Assembly: GCF_006345805.1 (NCBI RefSeq)
Contig: NC_043010.1
Span: 48,980,001-49,044,000, forward strand
Origin: Octopus sinensis
Taxonomy: Eukaryota
Reading direction: 5' to 3'
DNA: 64,000 bases
Position 1 is the first letter of the stretch; each line of letters opens with the position of its first letter. Below the pieces are notes generated by a model. That model was not told the DNA's origin and searched no databases. It saw only the letters and a list, made by a program, of their open reading frames with translations. The position numbers were made by a program, and so were the translations under genes. Shown here piece after piece: positions 52,051 through 63,621 of this stretch.

Positions 52051-53042
52051 AAAGAACATAAGTGCAGGTGCATACATCTATACATATGCACACCCTAGCT
52101 CCACTACACATTTATACAACACACCACCTGATCCAAGAAAAAAAACCACAATCCTGTGAACGTTTACACCCACAACCACTAGGTCACGCATCTTTACTAT
52201 ATATGTGTGTGTGTTTCTGTTATGGGAGAATCTTGTACATCCGCACATGACTGAAAGAGGACTATCGAATTTCAATAAATAAAGAACTGTGTGAACTATC
52301 AGGGGCAGTTAACAGTGTTGTTTCTGTGTTAGTGCGACATGTGCTGGTTTAATACTGTACCTACATCCAAGTCATACAGAGTGTGTTCTGTGTGAATATT
52401 TGGGTAATACTATTTTATACATGTAGAGGCACATGGCCTAGTGGTTAGAGCAGTGGACTCGCAGTTGAGGGATCGCAGATTCGAATCTCAGACTGGGCGA
52501 TGTGTGTGTTTATGAGCGAAAACACCTCAGCTCCATGTGGCTCCAGCAGAAAGTAATGGCGAACTTCTGCTGACTCCTTCGCCACAACTTTCTCTAGCTC
52601 TTTCCTCCTGCATCTTGCAGCTCACCTGTGACGGACCAGCATCCTGTCCAGATGGAAAACCTATATGCCAAGGAAACTGAGAAACCGGTCCTACGAGCCA
52701 GGGATGGCTTGAGAAGGAACAAACAACAACAATTTTATACATGACGTGTATACACACATCATAACAGTTTCTTTGTGCCTGTATTTGTTCCATTCACCAT
52801 TTGACAACTGGTGTTGGTTTGTTTGTGTCCTTGTAACTTAGCGGCTCAGCAAAAGAGACTGACAGAATAAGTACCAGACTTTAAAAAAATTAAGTACAGC
52901 TGAGCTGTTTGACGAAAGCCCTTCAAGGCAGTGCCCCTAGCATGGCCACAGTCCAAAGTCTGAAATAAATAAAAGGTTTAAGATAAAAGTGAAATAATTG
53001 CTAAAGATTTAAGTAGAAAGAAACAAAGAAAGGTCTTCTTAC

Positions 53043-53148
53043 TTGAATGCTACAACACTTGGGATGCACTGCTGTTCATTTTGGACAGACAAAATATCTA
53101 CTCTTCCAGACACTGCATGGTACATTCCAATACAGGAGTAGGTTGTAC
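53043..53148 (-). CDS. HSPA13: HSPA13 coding exon 3
   Basis: caaaag|GT ACA ACC TAC... = (G)TTYSCIGMYHAVSGRVDILSVQNEQQCIPSVVAF(N)|gtaaga. 106 nt; completes the Hsp70 signature GIDLGTTYS. Confidence 0.95.
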
Positions 53149-53917
53149 CTTTTGAAGATAATAAGAATAAGAATAATAACAAATAATAACAAATAATAAT
53201 AATAATAATAATAACAATAATGATTTCAAATTTTGGCACAAGGCCAGCAATTTCAGAGGAGGGAATGAGTCGAATACATTGACTGATACTTATTTTATCA
53301 ACCCAGAAAGAATGAAAGGCATAGTTGACCACAGTGGAATTTGAACTCAGAAAGTAGCAGCTAACGAAATACTGCCAAGCATTTCACCCAGCGTGCTATT
53401 GGTTCTGCCAGCTCGCTGCCTTAAATGATGATGATGATAATAATAATAATCCTTTCTACTATAGGCACAAAGCCTTAAGTTTTGAATGAAGAGACTAGTC
53501 CATTACATCGACCCCAGTGTTTCACTGGTACTTAATTTATCAACCCCAAAAGGATGGAAGGCCAAGCTGACCCCAATGAAATTTGAACTCAGAATGTAAA
53601 GACAGACAAAATGCTGCCAAGCATTTTGCCTGACATACAATTCAACTGCTTGCCACAACAACAACAACAGTAATAATAATAATAATGGTTTCAAATTTTG
53701 GCACAAGGCCAGCAATTTCATGGGAGGGAATAAAGTCAATTACATCGACCCCAGTGTTCAACTGGTACTTATTTTATCGACCCCCAAAAGGATGAATGGC
53801 AAAGTTAACCTTGGTGGAATTTGAACTCAAAATGTAAAGATGGATGGAATACCACTAAACATTTTGTCTGGCACATTAACTCTTTATACATACATGCATA
53901 CATACATATATATATAA

Positions 53918-54108
53918 AGTTAATCCAAACAAGAAAGCACAAAAAAACACAACAACGCGAGGACGTGGAACAAATATAGTATTATTGGATGCTCAGGAAA
54001 GACGGAGGGTTTAACGTTTCGAGTGGAGCTCTTCATCGGAAACATAGGAGAAGGAAAGATCCAGAGAAGGGAAGACAGAGGAAAAAAAAATCGCCAACGG
54101 TACACACG
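53918..54108 (-). mobile_element. Penelope-type terminal module family A with degenerate hammerhead (54009-54043)
   Basis: Minus strand GTTT-CCGATGA-A-GAGC TCC ACTC-GAAAC-GTT-AAAC; homolog of 12676-12867; abuts (TA)n. Confidence 0.6.
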
Positions 54109-54157
54109 AGGTCGTCCAAAGTCGGACGCCATGATACATCGTTAGCTACTACACACA

Positions 54158-54315
54158 TTTTTTTCTCTCCTTGTTTTTTTCTGTGTATCTTTCTGTAGAA
54201 GAGCGTAGGCTCGAAACGTATAAGACTTTTTTCTATTCCTGAGTGCTATTCTAATACATCTGTTTGTTTGTACACCACCTGCCTTCGTCTTTTGTTTATT
54301 TTCGTAAACTTTCCC
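54158..54315 (+). mobile_element. Penelope-type terminal module family B with hammerhead-like motif (54189-54224)
   Basis: CTTT-CTGTAGA-A-GAGC GTAG GCTC-GAAAC-GTA-TAAG; homolog of 1483-1624; abuts (TA)n. Confidence 0.55.
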
Positions 54316-54326
54316 TTTATATATAC

Positions 54327-54379
<53 letters not shown>

Positions 54380-54418
54380 ATAATAAATCTCTGGGCGAGA
54401 TATAAACAGTAACTGCTC

Positions 54419-54642
54419 TATAACATAAGAGGGATCAGCCATCTGAATGTGGCTAGGATCAGGGCGGGGTGGTGGGGGTGTTACTGATGCATTTAGCCCC
54501 AGGCGAACATCGACGTCACCGAGATGGTGTCAGCTCTTCTGGTGACGTCGATGTTCGCCTGGGGCTAAATGCATCATTAACACCCCCACCACCCCGCCCT
54601 GACCCTAGCCACATTCAGATGGCTGATCCCTCTTATGTTATA
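54419..54642. mobile_element. Near-perfect 224-bp palindrome (fold-back/MITE-like)
   Basis: 102-bp arms 54419-54520 and 54541-54642 differ at 2 positions; 20-nt loop; TA at both outer ends. Confidence 0.85.
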
Positions 54643-55642
54643 TATATATATATTGTGAGTGAGCAGACAAGCATCACCATCACCATTTGACTTTCACCAA
54701 CATGTAATGAATAAGTGACTTCTGAAGGCAAAAGAGGATGAAGACCACCACAATGCTGAAGCCATAAAAACTAATTTAATCAATAGTTCAGCTTTAAGCC
54801 TTCAATGATATCAAGTCTTACAGATATTTCTTCAGTAAAAAGGTAGTGAGCTGTCAGAATCGTTAGCACACCAAGCGAAAATCTTAGTGGTATTTCGTCT
54901 GTCTTAACATTCTGAGTTCAAATTCTGCTGAAGTAGACTTTGCCGTTCATCCTTTTGAGGTCAATAAACTAAGTATCAGTTACATACTGGGGTCAATCTA
55001 ATCGACAGGCCACCTCCCAAAAAATTTTGGGCGTTGTGCCTAGAGTAGAAAAATACATTTCTTCAACAATGATTACCAACTGAAATATTGTAACACCCAA
55101 AGTGTTTTGTAGGCAATAGATTGAGGTGTTGCAAGATTATAGGAAGCTTGTTTCTCAACCACATGGTTTGGGGTTCAGCCCCACTGCACGGTACCTTGAG
55201 CAAGTGGCTTCTGATATAGCTTCAGGCCAACCAAAGCCTTGTGAGTGAATCTGGTAGTCAGAAGTTCTGTGTATGTGTTTACATGTGTTTATGAAAGTGC
55301 TTGTGCTTCTTTCAATACATAGGAAGGAAATGATATTTCTATGAGATACAAAAAATATTGAAGAGGTTTTTATTTGAAATTCTTAAAAAAAAGTATTTGA
55401 ATCTCAATAGGCATAGAAAGGTATGTATATTCTAAAGGAATATACATGGCCTTTCATCTTTCTCACATCCTTGGGCACATAAAATGACCTGATCATATTA
55501 TCAGGGTGAATATTTCTTAATAGTGAAATAGAATATTAATAGATAAATCTTTAAATATGAACATTATCAAAAGTATTACATCTGTTTCGCTTTCGGATTT
55601 GGTTTGCAAGATTCTTTATATGAGTTTGTTATGTTTCAGCAC

Positions 55643-55895
55643 AGTCATTTTCTTTTTGTGCCTTATAATGTAACACACTCACCGGTAAAATTTTCGCTTA
55701 TTTCTTATTTTTATTTTCCTAAAATTTTCGTTGCATCTTGCAACAAAAAGGAACGCAGTGTAAATAATGGACAGAGTCAAGACTATTGAAAAGGTTGCAA
55801 AACACAACGAAAATTTTAGGAAAATGAAAATAAGAAATAAGTGGAAATTTTACCGGTGAGTGTATTAAATTATAAGGTACAAAAAGAAAATGACT
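55643..55895. repeat. Older fold-back inverted repeat (MITE-like)
   Basis: ~102-bp arms 55643-55744 and 55794-55895, 49-nt loop, several mismatches. Confidence 0.8.
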
Positions 55896-56311
55896 CTCCC
55901 CAGACACAACAAAATATTACATCTGTGTCTTACCAAAATCATTATATCTGTGCATGTGCGTAAGCACATCTGTTAGTGTCTTGATGTAGGTGTATTATGT
56001 GTGTGAAGCTTGCATAGAGTATGTGAAGTTTGTGTATATGTATTGAAGCTGAAATATAGAAAACATGTCGGTTTTCAACCTAATGATAAGTGACAGATGA
56101 TGTAATTAATTTGAAGTTAATCAAGCACTTACCATTAGGTTGATTAACTTCAAATTAATGACATCAGCTGTCACCATTTTTTGTACTTTTCATCTTATTA
56201 AAGGTTTCAACCAATAATTCATATAAAGACTTTTGAAATGAATATGCTATATAGAAATTCAGGCAAAATAGAAAGACAGGCAAAGACAGAAAAATAAAGC
56301 ATTTTTTTTAC

Positions 56312-56401
56312 CTAAGTCTATCCCAAGGATCTTTGGTACAGGAGGTGGCAGCAGATACTGAGCCAAATAACCAGCCAACAGCAATGCCAAGATGGAAGAA
56401 C
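56312..56401 (-). CDS. HSPA13: HSPA13 coding exon 2 (signal/anchor segment and GIDLG)
   Basis: ttcttttag|GT TCT TCC... = (G)SSILALLLAGYLAQYLLPPPVPKILGIDL(G)|gtaaaa. 90 nt, phase 1-1. Matches the HSPA13-specific LAGYLAQQYLP motif and the start of the Hsp70 phosphate-1 loop. Confidence 0.95.
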
Positions 56402-56632
56402 CTAAAAGAAAGAACAAAACAATGCATCTAGTATTAAAACAAATACGATATCTTAACCCTTTAGCATTCAGATTATTCTGTCAAATGTATTGCCTATTTA
56501 CTTGCATTGTTTTGAATTAAATATGTATTATTTCGTAGTTTCAAGATCTCAACAGTGTGTTTGTATATTTTCAGAGGGACATTGTAAGGTAGGTGTGAAA
56601 GGTTGGATCTGGTTAGTTTTGACATAAAATAC

Positions 56633-56978
56633 ACCTTTAGTCGAGCAGATCGACCCCAGGACTTATTCTTTGTAAGCCTAGTACTTATTCTATAGGTCTC
56701 TTTGGCCGAACCGCTAAGTTACAGGGACATAAACACACCAGCATCGGTTGTCAAGCGATGTTGGGGGGACAAACACAGACACACACAAACATATACACAC
56801 ACATATACATATATACGACGAGCTTCTTTTAGTTTCTGTCTACCAAATCCACTCACAAGGCTTTGGTCGGCCCAAGACTATAGTAGAAGACACTTGCCCA
56901 AAGTGCCACGCAGTGGGACTGAACCCAGAACCATGTGGTTTGTAAGCAAGCTACTTACCACACAGCCACTCCTACGCC
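56633..56978 (-). mobile_element. tRNA-derived SINE family 1
   Basis: Match to family; inserted at the end of a TTAA-type MITE fragment. Confidence 0.9.
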
Positions 56979-57269
56979 TATTTTATCGACTCTAGAAATA
57001 TGAAAAACAAAATTGACCTCAGTAAGAGTTGAACTTAGACCCTAATAATCTATAACTGAAATAATCTATAACTGAAATTTGGGGGTGGGAGATAGTCAAT
57101 TACATCAACCTCAATACCTAACTGGTACTTATTTTACTGACCCTGAAAGGATGAAGGGCAAAGTCAACCTTGGCAGAATTTGAACTCAGAATGTAAGGAC
57201 AGATGAAATACTGCTAAGCATTTTGCTTGGCATGCTAACAATTCAGCCAGCTTGCTGCCTTATCTGTAA

Positions 57270-57405
57270 CTAAAATAATATTTATGAGAACCCAAGTTTG
57301 AAATTTCCCCAAGACACCTGATGAAGGGTGGAGGGTATATCAGCCGAAACATGTTAACAACAAACAAGATGAGGACAAATATCAGTCAACTGTAAATAAT
57401 GTAAA
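57270..57405 (+). mobile_element. Penelope-type 3' module with decayed hammerhead (57315-57356)
   Basis: ACAC-CTGATGA-A-GGGTG...CAGCC-GAAAC then a damaged stem III / cleavage region. Confidence 0.45.
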
Positions 57406-59167
57406 AATAACAGCACTACAAAATATTGATTTCAAATTCTGGCACAAGGCCAACAACTTTGGGGGAGAGGGAGGGAGCCAGTTGATTACATCAACTCCAG
57501 TTCTCAACTGGTTCTTATTTTACTGACCCTGAAAGGATGAAAGGCAAAGTTGACCTTGGCAGAATTTGAACTCAGAACATAAAGAAAGACAAAATGTTGC
57601 TAAGTATTTTGCCTGGTGTGCTAATGATTCTGCCAGCTTGCCACCTCTCAAAACTAGAAAATATTAGTATGGTTAACATAGAAGAAAGAAAGTTAAAATG
57701 TAGGGATGTAGTTGAATACATACCAACATACTATATAAAATCAATAAATACCCCTTAAGCTATTTCTTTCTTTTTCTTTGCACCCTTTTAAAGCCTAGCC
57801 ATGCTCATGGACCTGGTTTCCCAGTTTCAATGGCATATGTGTTCCCCAGCTGGACAGGATGCCAGTCCATCGCAGCGTTACTCATTTTTGCCTGCTGAGT
57901 GGACTGGAGCAATGTGAAATGAAGTGTTTTGCTCAAGAACACAACGCATCGCCCGGACCAAGAATCGAAACTACAATGTTACGATCATGAGTTCAACACC
58001 CTAACCACTAATCCACGTGCCTCTACCCTTAAGCTATTTAGTCAATGGAAAATCAGTGAATGCTTTTTATCTATATATAAAACTAAGTGGAACTGATTCT
58101 ATTTAAACATTACCTACCAGAGGACTTGAGCAGCTCATCAAAACAAGCTGAAGAAGTATGCATTAATTTCAGTACTCTTTCTTACAACTGTTAACTGCAA
58201 CTCTTCAAGATGTCTATTTTCAAGGTGTACTGAGCCACTAAAAGTTGTGTTATTTATCAAAAATGCAGTGTGAAATGATATAGAAATTGCTAATGTTAGA
58301 ACTCTATCACCTTATCTAGCTGTGATTAGCACAAATACTGAATTAATTATCATCAAAAACTTGAATTCATATTTCTTGAAGTTCATTGGGATCATTATGT
58401 TACTGTTCTTGGGTGACTGACTTGACTCATCTTAATCTTTGTTCATTCTAACAGCACCACCTAACCTTTGGATACCTTTACAAGAGTTAATTTTATTACA
58501 ATAAGCATTTGGGGTTAGATCTATGGCCTGAGAATAACTTTACCCTACCTGTCTCAAAGGCTCTGAAAAGGGTCATAACTATCCCCCATCCTCAGATGAA
58601 GCAGGGAAAAAGCGGAAAAAAATTATTTCTCTAGAGTCTTGTACAATTTATTCTTATTACACAACTATCTAATTATCAGAAGTGAGATTTCTTCAAAATT
58701 CCAATGAAGTTAGACATATCAACTAATAACTGTACATAGGCCAACAAAAAGGCCTCAACTTTATTGTTGGAAATGCTACAAATAGTAGTTATATCGAAAT
58801 AATATAAAACTAGTTGCTAGAACATTCTAAAGCTACTTAATACATCTGATAATTAAAAAAAACTTGGGAATATGTAACAGCTGTTCATGACAATCCACTT
58901 CTCCAAAGTGTTGGCCTCATAAACTACTACCATTACAGGTCCAAAAAATATTTTCTTTCAATGTTATACAATACTATAGAAAAGTCATCAGTGACTGAAT
59001 ACTCTCTTTAACTGTCTACAATGATAGTGCTTAAGAACCTACAGTTACGAAGGGCTTCAGTAAATTGGGTTCGCTAACCTAGCACTTTTTCGTTGCTAGT
59101 TTGATTTAATAAACTACTAGAGTATTAATAGCGTTTTTGTTTTAATGTTATACTACACCAAGTATAT

Positions 59168-59527
59168 ACTCTTACTCTTTACTCTTTAACTTGTTTCAGT
59201 CATGTGACTGTGGCCATGCTGAAGCACCGCCTTTAGTCGAGCAAACCGACCCCAGGACTTATTCTATCAGTCTCTCTTGCCGAACCGCTAAGTTACGGGG
59301 ACATAAACACACCAGCATCGGTTGTCAAGTGACGTTGGTGGGGACAAACACAGACACACATACATATATACGACGAGCTTCTTTCAGTTTCCGTCTACCA
59401 AATCCACTCACAAGGCTTTGGTTGGCCCGAGGCTATAGTAGAAGACACTTGTCCAAGGTGCCACGCAGTGGGACTGAACCATGTAGTTCGTAAGCAAGCT
59501 ACTTACCACACAGCCACTCCTACGCCT
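59168..59527 (-). mobile_element. tRNA-derived SINE family 1
   Basis: Full-length match. Confidence 0.9.
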
Positions 59528-60559
59528 ATATATCTAGAAACTTTTTGCTACAAGTTATAAATATCATGTCTAATGTAAAATATCTTCATGGACAGCAAAA
59601 GCAAGTTCTCAGATACTAATGTTATCTCAAAACAAAATTCAAACTAATGTGGCTTATCCTGCTGTTTCTCTCTGCGAACATATTGTGTATATAAAAAAAA
59701 AATACAGTGTTTGCAAGAGGAGTTAACTCCAAGGTGAAAAATCTCAGAACTGAGATGGAAACCAGAAAGAAAAAAACAATAAGAATCTGAAAGAAAATAA
59801 TATAAATTCTACTCTAGAGTTTAATGTTAATATTTATGTTGCCAGGAGAAATGTCAACACACGTCGCCAAACGAGCTGTTTGTATTTATAAATTCAACAG
59901 TTGTCAGTTAACAAACAAGGGATATCAAAATATTCCGTCTGCTAAAACAGCCCACGCTTTCAGTTGTAGTCAGCTGGGAAACACGAAATTTTAAGCAGCC
60001 GAATGAAAACGCTTCAACGTATAAAACGCAACCGATAATTAACGATTTTCAACAGCAATCTATTTGTTTCTTATATATATATATTTTAATTTATATATAT
60101 ATATATATTTTAATTTATATATATATATATTTTAATTTATAATTTAATCTATGATACTTCACTCTTGATAATTCTGCTACTCAGTTCAACAAAGGTCGCC
60201 AATCTTTTAATCATTTAAATCAATTTTCTATATACATATATATTCCAATACCGCGCACTTTTAAACATTTACGTCTCAGACTTTGCTAGCAGTATATGTA
60301 TAGTGTAACTCTGTAGCTTAATGTAACATTAAGTTGTGAATTCGGATGAAATCATGTTTAGATGTATGATCAAACATGACCAAACCATAATCATAATCTA
60401 TAATTTATAAAATGGACATGACTATATTATCCTGCTTACATTTTATTATTGTTTAATCCCAGTCGTCCCTAATCAAAAAGATTCCAGTTGTGACCATTCC
60501 GTAATTAAAATAAAATCCCGGTTTTCTTTCATCGTCGAGGTAAAATATATCGGAATGTG

Positions 60560-60912
60560 TGTGGGTGGTAAGAAATTTGCTTCCCAACCACATGGTTCCG
60601 GATTCACTCCCACCGTGTGACACCTTGGGCAAGTGTCTTCTACTACAGCCTCGGGCCGACAAAAGCCTTGTGAATGGATTTTATAGATGGAAGCTAAAAG
60701 CTCGTCGTGTGTGTGTGTCCCGCCACCGCATGACAATTGATATTCGTGCGTTTACGTCCCCGTAACTTAGCGGTTCGAAAAAAGGAACTATAGAATAAGT
60801 ACCAGGCTTTAAAACATAAGTATTGGGGTCGAGTCATTCGATTAAAAATTCTTCAAGGCAGTGCCCCGGCATGGCCACAGCCTAATGAGTGAAACAAGTA
60901 AAAGATAAGAGA
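60560..60912 (+). mobile_element. tRNA-derived SINE family 1
   Basis: Match to family; inverted relative to 59168-59527 within HSPA13 intron 1. Confidence 0.85.
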
Positions 60913-61318
60913 TATATAAAAACTGAAATAACGAAATTTGATAACGATAAGAACTAAACAGTATTACATCTAAGTAGGTAAACGCGTCCAGCTTATCAAT
61001 AATAACCATATGGGCATTGACAATTTACTCACAAGTACAATTAGTAATATTCACAATATTTTAGTGTATCCTACTAAGTGAGGCAGTATAAAAGATACGT
61101 CTGGGAGCAAAATAAAGCCGTTGTGGAAAAATCCTGTTGGTGCCGTCATCGTTAAAGATAAAAGAAATAATTCTTTCCTTTGCCGGATTCTAATCCGAGA
61201 GCGATAAGCCAGGAATTATATCCAATATTGTGTTAATATTAGATAAATTACTGAAAAATTAGTGAAAAAGAAGTTACAAAATATAATTGTCAGGTAGATA
61301 TATAAACCCATTACTTAC

Positions 61319-61343
61319 CTAAAATTACGAATCCAACTCCCAT
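61319..61343 (-). CDS. HSPA13: HSPA13 (STCH) coding exon 1 of 7
   Basis: Minus strand reads ATG GGA GTT GGA TTC GTA ATT TTA G|gtaagt = MGVGFVILG with a canonical donor. It resembles the vertebrate HSPA13 start MAREMTILG, and its phase-1 end joins exon 2 in frame. Confidence 0.85.
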
Positions 61344-61541
61344 CTTAGCTCCAAGTCACAGGTAGTGAGAGAAAAACGAAATTTTAGAAACCGGTTGTTG
61401 ACAAGATTGATTCAACAGGGAAATACACGTGTTAATTACAGCGATCCTAGCGGGTCATATTTATTACTAAGGGGAAGTGACTCCCGATTCCTTTTTTTTT
61501 AATTCACCTCGAACACGCACTCTAAAGAAAAATCTAAATAA
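61344..61541. promoter_or_regulatory. Putative bidirectional promoter plus both 5' UTRs (HSPA13 / PLPBP-like)
   Basis: 198-bp repeat-free interval between two divergent ATGs. Contains palindromic ACACGTGT (61425-61432) and GGAAGT (61473-61478). Function is inferred from gene geometry. Confidence 0.7.
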
Positions 61542-61640
61542 ATGAGGTCTGCAGCATTAAGAATGGCAGAACTGGAAGTTGGACAAGCGTTAAAGACAGT
61601 ATATCAACGGATGGAACAAGGGTTCTTGCGACGTCCTCCG
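61542..61640 (+). CDS. PLPBP: Pyridoxal phosphate homeostasis protein (PLPBP/PROSC), first coding exon; rest of gene not seen in window
   Basis: MRSAALRMAELEVGQALKTVYQRMEQGFLRRPP then |gtaaga donor, 99 nt, phase 0. Aligns by eye with the human PLPBP N-terminus as I recall it ([33 protein letters not shown]). Only 33 aa are available, so the assignment rests on a short match. Confidence 0.75.
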
Positions 61641-63035
61641 GTAAGATATTTTTCAAGTCTAACATTTATTAAAACAAATGTCAACAAATCTAAGAATTGT
61701 CTTCAATTAAAATATATTTGGATTAATGCACAGTCTATGTTTGATCGAACAAAAACGAAATTAATAAAGGAAAGAGCCTGTTTTTCAAGTTTGTGAGCTT
61801 AAAAAAACACACGCTATATTAATGGTTGACATTGATGATTTTGAACTGATATTGTTCTCAGTGTGAGAACTAGTTTAAATGTTTTCCCTCTAAGTGTGCC
61901 TTATCTTAATGATTTGATAACATGTTATGTAAGTTGTTAGTCTATATATAAAACTGATTTTACGTAATTCATTTAATTTGTCTCCCTAGAGTTGATATCG
62001 CTTATGTTGTATGTTTAGTGTAAATTCTGAGTTTTCTTAAAACATACTTAGAGGAATCTTAGGCGGATTATTGTGCCAAGTTCCTAAAAGTACATGTTTC
62101 TATGCCATTCGGTTAGCAGCTAATTGTAATATTATTGTTTATTGTATACGTTTTAAATATTTGCACGGGACCTGGATTATTTAAAGTTGCTACTAGTTTT
62201 ATAAATATTTGGATAAATAATTTATCTGCGAGAGAAAGGGACGCGTGGGGTTACGATTGTATCTGAATAACAACAATAATAATAAAAAAAACTGCGATAT
62301 GATAATAGTGCCGCCGGTTAATAACAAACTTCCAGTTAACGACCTAGATAAGGCAGAAAGTCTTGGCTACGATAATAACGAACATAAAACTTATTTGTTT
62401 TTATCTAAAGCAGTTATAATGGTCATCCGAAAATGTCGATAATGATGAAAGAAACACCGGAACGTGAAACGATAAACTCCAGCAGCATAAGATCTGCAAT
62501 ATGTCATCAGTCAATACCCAGCAAGAAATTAGTAATTAATGAAAGGATCAGATATTTATAACAACGAAATCTGATTGACTCTATTCAATGTTTTTTTCTG
62601 AAAGAATTAACTCGATTCGTGATTTTTTTTTATCAAATTAGCACTGAAGGACACTAGTAGAGATCTAATTCAAGTAAGACTCGTAGATGGTTTACAATCA
62701 TCTTAGCATCGTGTAAAAAAGCATTAAAATATCTTCAAACAAGTGATCCAAATCTTAATGCAGACAGCGAGTTCATTCAACACCTTGAAATTATTACTGA
62801 ATATCAGATTACTGAAACAAAGAAACAAAACATTGAAATACGGTGTGATTTTGAAGATGTCCCCGATTCAAATTTCAAATGTTGATAGAAACGAATACAG
62901 ATCTGATTCTGATTCCAACTATGGTTTTTTTTTGGGGGGGGGGGTGAATTATAAGCATACACCATTAAGTAAATCTTGTTTTAAATAATAACTTCCGGGT
63001 AATATGGAAATATACAAAAGATTAAGATATGGATG

Positions 63036-63379
63036 TGTAGTAAGAAGCCTGATTCCCAATCACATGGTTCTGGGTTCAGTCCTAATGTGTGGCACCTTAG
63101 GCAAGTGTCTTTTATTATAGCCCTGGGCCAACCAAAGCGTTGTGAGTGGATTTGGTAGACAGAAACTGAAAGAAGCATGTCGTGTATATATATATATATA
63201 AGTGTGTGTGCGTGTCTGTGTTTGTCCCTATAACTTAGTGGTTCAGTAAAATAGAGTGATAGAATAAGTACTCGGCTTCCAAAAAAAATAATTGTAGGGT
63301 TGATTTGTTTGACTAAAATTCCTTGAGGTGACGCCCCAGCATGGCTACAGTCTAATGACTGAAACAAGTAAGAGATAAG
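63036..63379 (+). mobile_element. tRNA-derived SINE family 1
   Basis: Match to family; in the first intron of the PLPBP-like gene. Confidence 0.85.
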
Positions 63380-63621
63380 ATTCCATAAGTATTTATGATG
63401 TTGACATAATAAGGCCACAATGATAAATGTCAAATTCGTTAATATTAGCTGACCTTAATATTGGTCATTATGCACAGCATGTAAGATCACATTTGTAGTT
63501 AGGTAACTATGATATCTCAGAAGGTCTGGATGGATTTCAATTAAACCAAAGTTTCAATTAGTGTGATTTCAAACTTTAATAATTCGATGAATTGCTGACT
63601 AAATTTTAGGAAAATTTAATA

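Noticed and set aside
54484-54512. CTGATGC...GCC CCA GGC GAAC inside the palindrome as a hammerhead
   Set aside because: The core deviates at A9 and A15 and the spacing to stem II is wrong.
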